A stretch of DNA of 64,000 bases, from assembly GCA_035446965.1 (NCBI GenBank), contig DAOTGE010000007.1:1270-65269 (forward strand), in the 5' to 3' direction. The first letter of the stretch is position 1; each line of letters opens with the position of its first letter. The DNA comes from Eubacteriales bacterium. Its GTDB lineage: Bacteria; Bacillota; Clostridia; Christensenellales; CAG-138. Of this stretch, positions 63,049 through 64,000 are shown piece by piece. Position numbers and translations under genes: made by a program. The notes under the pieces are model-generated. The model ran no database searches. It saw only the letters and a program-made list of their open reading frames with translations, and was not told the DNA's origin.

Positions 63049-63435
63049 TTGGCTTGGCAATTTACGTCCAACCGTCCGATCTACAGTCAGATTGTAGACG
63101 AGATCGAACTGAGGATTTTGAACGGTACCTATGAAATGGGGATGCGCCTGCCGAGCGTGCGGGACCTCGCCATGATGGCGGCGGTCAACCCGAACACCAT
63201 GCAGCGCGCGCTTTCCGAGCTGGAAAGCATGGGGCTGGTCAACACGCAGCGCAACGCCGGCAGGACCGTTACGACGGACGAAGAGGCCGTGCGGCGTGCG
63301 CGGAGCGCGAAAGCGCACACGCTTACGCAGACATATTTACTGCAGATGAAAGCGCTTGGGCTCGACCGGGAGGAAGTGCTCGAACGGCTGGCCAAAGGGG
63401 AAACGAAGGAGGAAGAAAATGGACGCAATTCTTGA
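63049..63435 (+). CDS. GntR family transcriptional regulator (YtrA subfamily, short effector domain)
   Basis: 128 aa. RPIYSQIVDEIELRILNG...LPSVRDLAMMAAVNPNTMQRALSELE. TTG start after AGGAGGAG. Confidence 0.85.
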   Translation: MAWQFTSNRPIYSQIVDEIELRILNGTYEMGMRLPSVRDLAMMAAVNPNTMQRALSELESMGLVNTQRNAGRTVTTDEEAVRRARSAKAHTLTQTYLLQMKALGLDREEVLERLAKGETKEEENGRNS

Positions 63436-64000
63436 AGCGAGGGCGCTCACGAAGCGTTATGGCGCGACATTGGCGCTCAATAACGTCGATCTGACGCTGC
63501 CCAGGGGGAAAATTATCGGGCTGCTCGGCCCGAACGGCAGCGGAAAGACAACGCTGCTGAAAATTGCGGCGGGGCTTTTGACCCCGACGAGCGGCGTGAT
63601 TCTGGCGGACAACCGCCCGATCGGCGAGCAGACGAAATCCGTGATTTCGTTTTTGCCGGAGCGCACCTACCTGCCGGACTGGATGACCGTGAACGACTGC
63701 CTCGATTATTTTGAGGATTTCTATTCGGATTTCGACCGCAAACGCGCGGTGGAGATGCTCACACGGCTCGCGGTGCCGGCAAACAAAAGGATGCGCACGC
63801 TTTCAAAAGGCACGCGCGAAAAGATGCAGCTGGTGCTCGTAATGAGCCGCCGCGCGAAACTTTATCTGCTGGATGAACCGATCGGCGGCGTTGACCCCGC
63901 CACGCGGGATTATATCCTCGACACAATCATCGGCAATTACGACAGCGAAGCGACAATCCTGATTTCCACGCACCTGATTTCGGATGTGGAAAAGGTGCTC
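63419..64000 (+). CDS. ABC transporter ATP-binding protein, 3' end outside window
   Basis: ATG overlaps the GntR gene end. MDAILEARALTKRYG..., Walker A GPNGSGKTT, and Walker B-like LYLLDEPIGGVD. The ORF is open to the window edge and is not in the supplied ORF track. Confidence 0.85.
   Translation, partial: MDAILEARALTKRYGATLALNNVDLTLPRGKIIGLLGPNGSGKTTLLKIAAGLLTPTSGVILADNRPIGEQTKSVISFLPERTYLPDWMTVNDCLDYFEDFYSDFDRKRAVEMLTRLAVPANKRMRTLSKGTREKMQLVLVMSRRAKLYLLDEPIGGVDPATRDYILDTIIGNYDSEATILISTHLISDVEKVL

Noticed and set aside
1-64000. Search for mobile-element genes, prophage, toxin-antitoxin, CRISPR-Cas or known defence-system genes
   Set aside because: No ORF shows transposase, integrase, recombinase, Cas, restriction-modification or phage structural motifs. 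The WYL regulator at 8191-9180 has no defence-type neighbours.

Overview
This is a GC-rich chromosomal segment of Firmicutes/Clostridia type. Gene content and order (pth-mfd-PrsA-like, metG-GNAT-tatD behind a Met T-box, adhE, rubredoxin, ECF S-component, anaerobe-style Moco and B12-salvage operons) suggest an anaerobic Oscillospirales-like clostridium, but the taxon is inference only. I call 60 protein genes (two cut by the window edges), one tRNA-Thr, a cobalamin riboswitch, a Met-specific T-box leader, several sigma-A-like promoters, many intrinsic terminators and three palindromic operator candidates. I found no rRNA, CRISPR array, transposase, integrase or phage genes. Most of the window is housekeeping. 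The main signal not explained by genes is a set of short, hairpin-rich intergenic repeat families: A has 5 copies or fragments, and B and C have 3 each, twice forming the same composite. They sit almost exclusively between stop codons and intrinsic terminators, and differences between copies are compensatory in the stems. Other points worth a second look are listed below.
- A MarR / serine-palmitoyltransferase-like / SDR operon, which may make a sphingoid base. That would be unusual for Clostridia.
- A nine-gene B12 riboswitch operon that contains a truncated second CobU paralog and a translationally coupled TIM-barrel gene of unknown role.
- An orphan promoter-to-terminator unit inside the Moco cluster.
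- A cell-surface trio: a GT39-like transferase, a phosphodiester-glycosidase protein with a TM hairpin flanked by PT linkers, and a protein with six Ig-like repeats.

All family assignments come from reading motifs in the translations. No database search was run.
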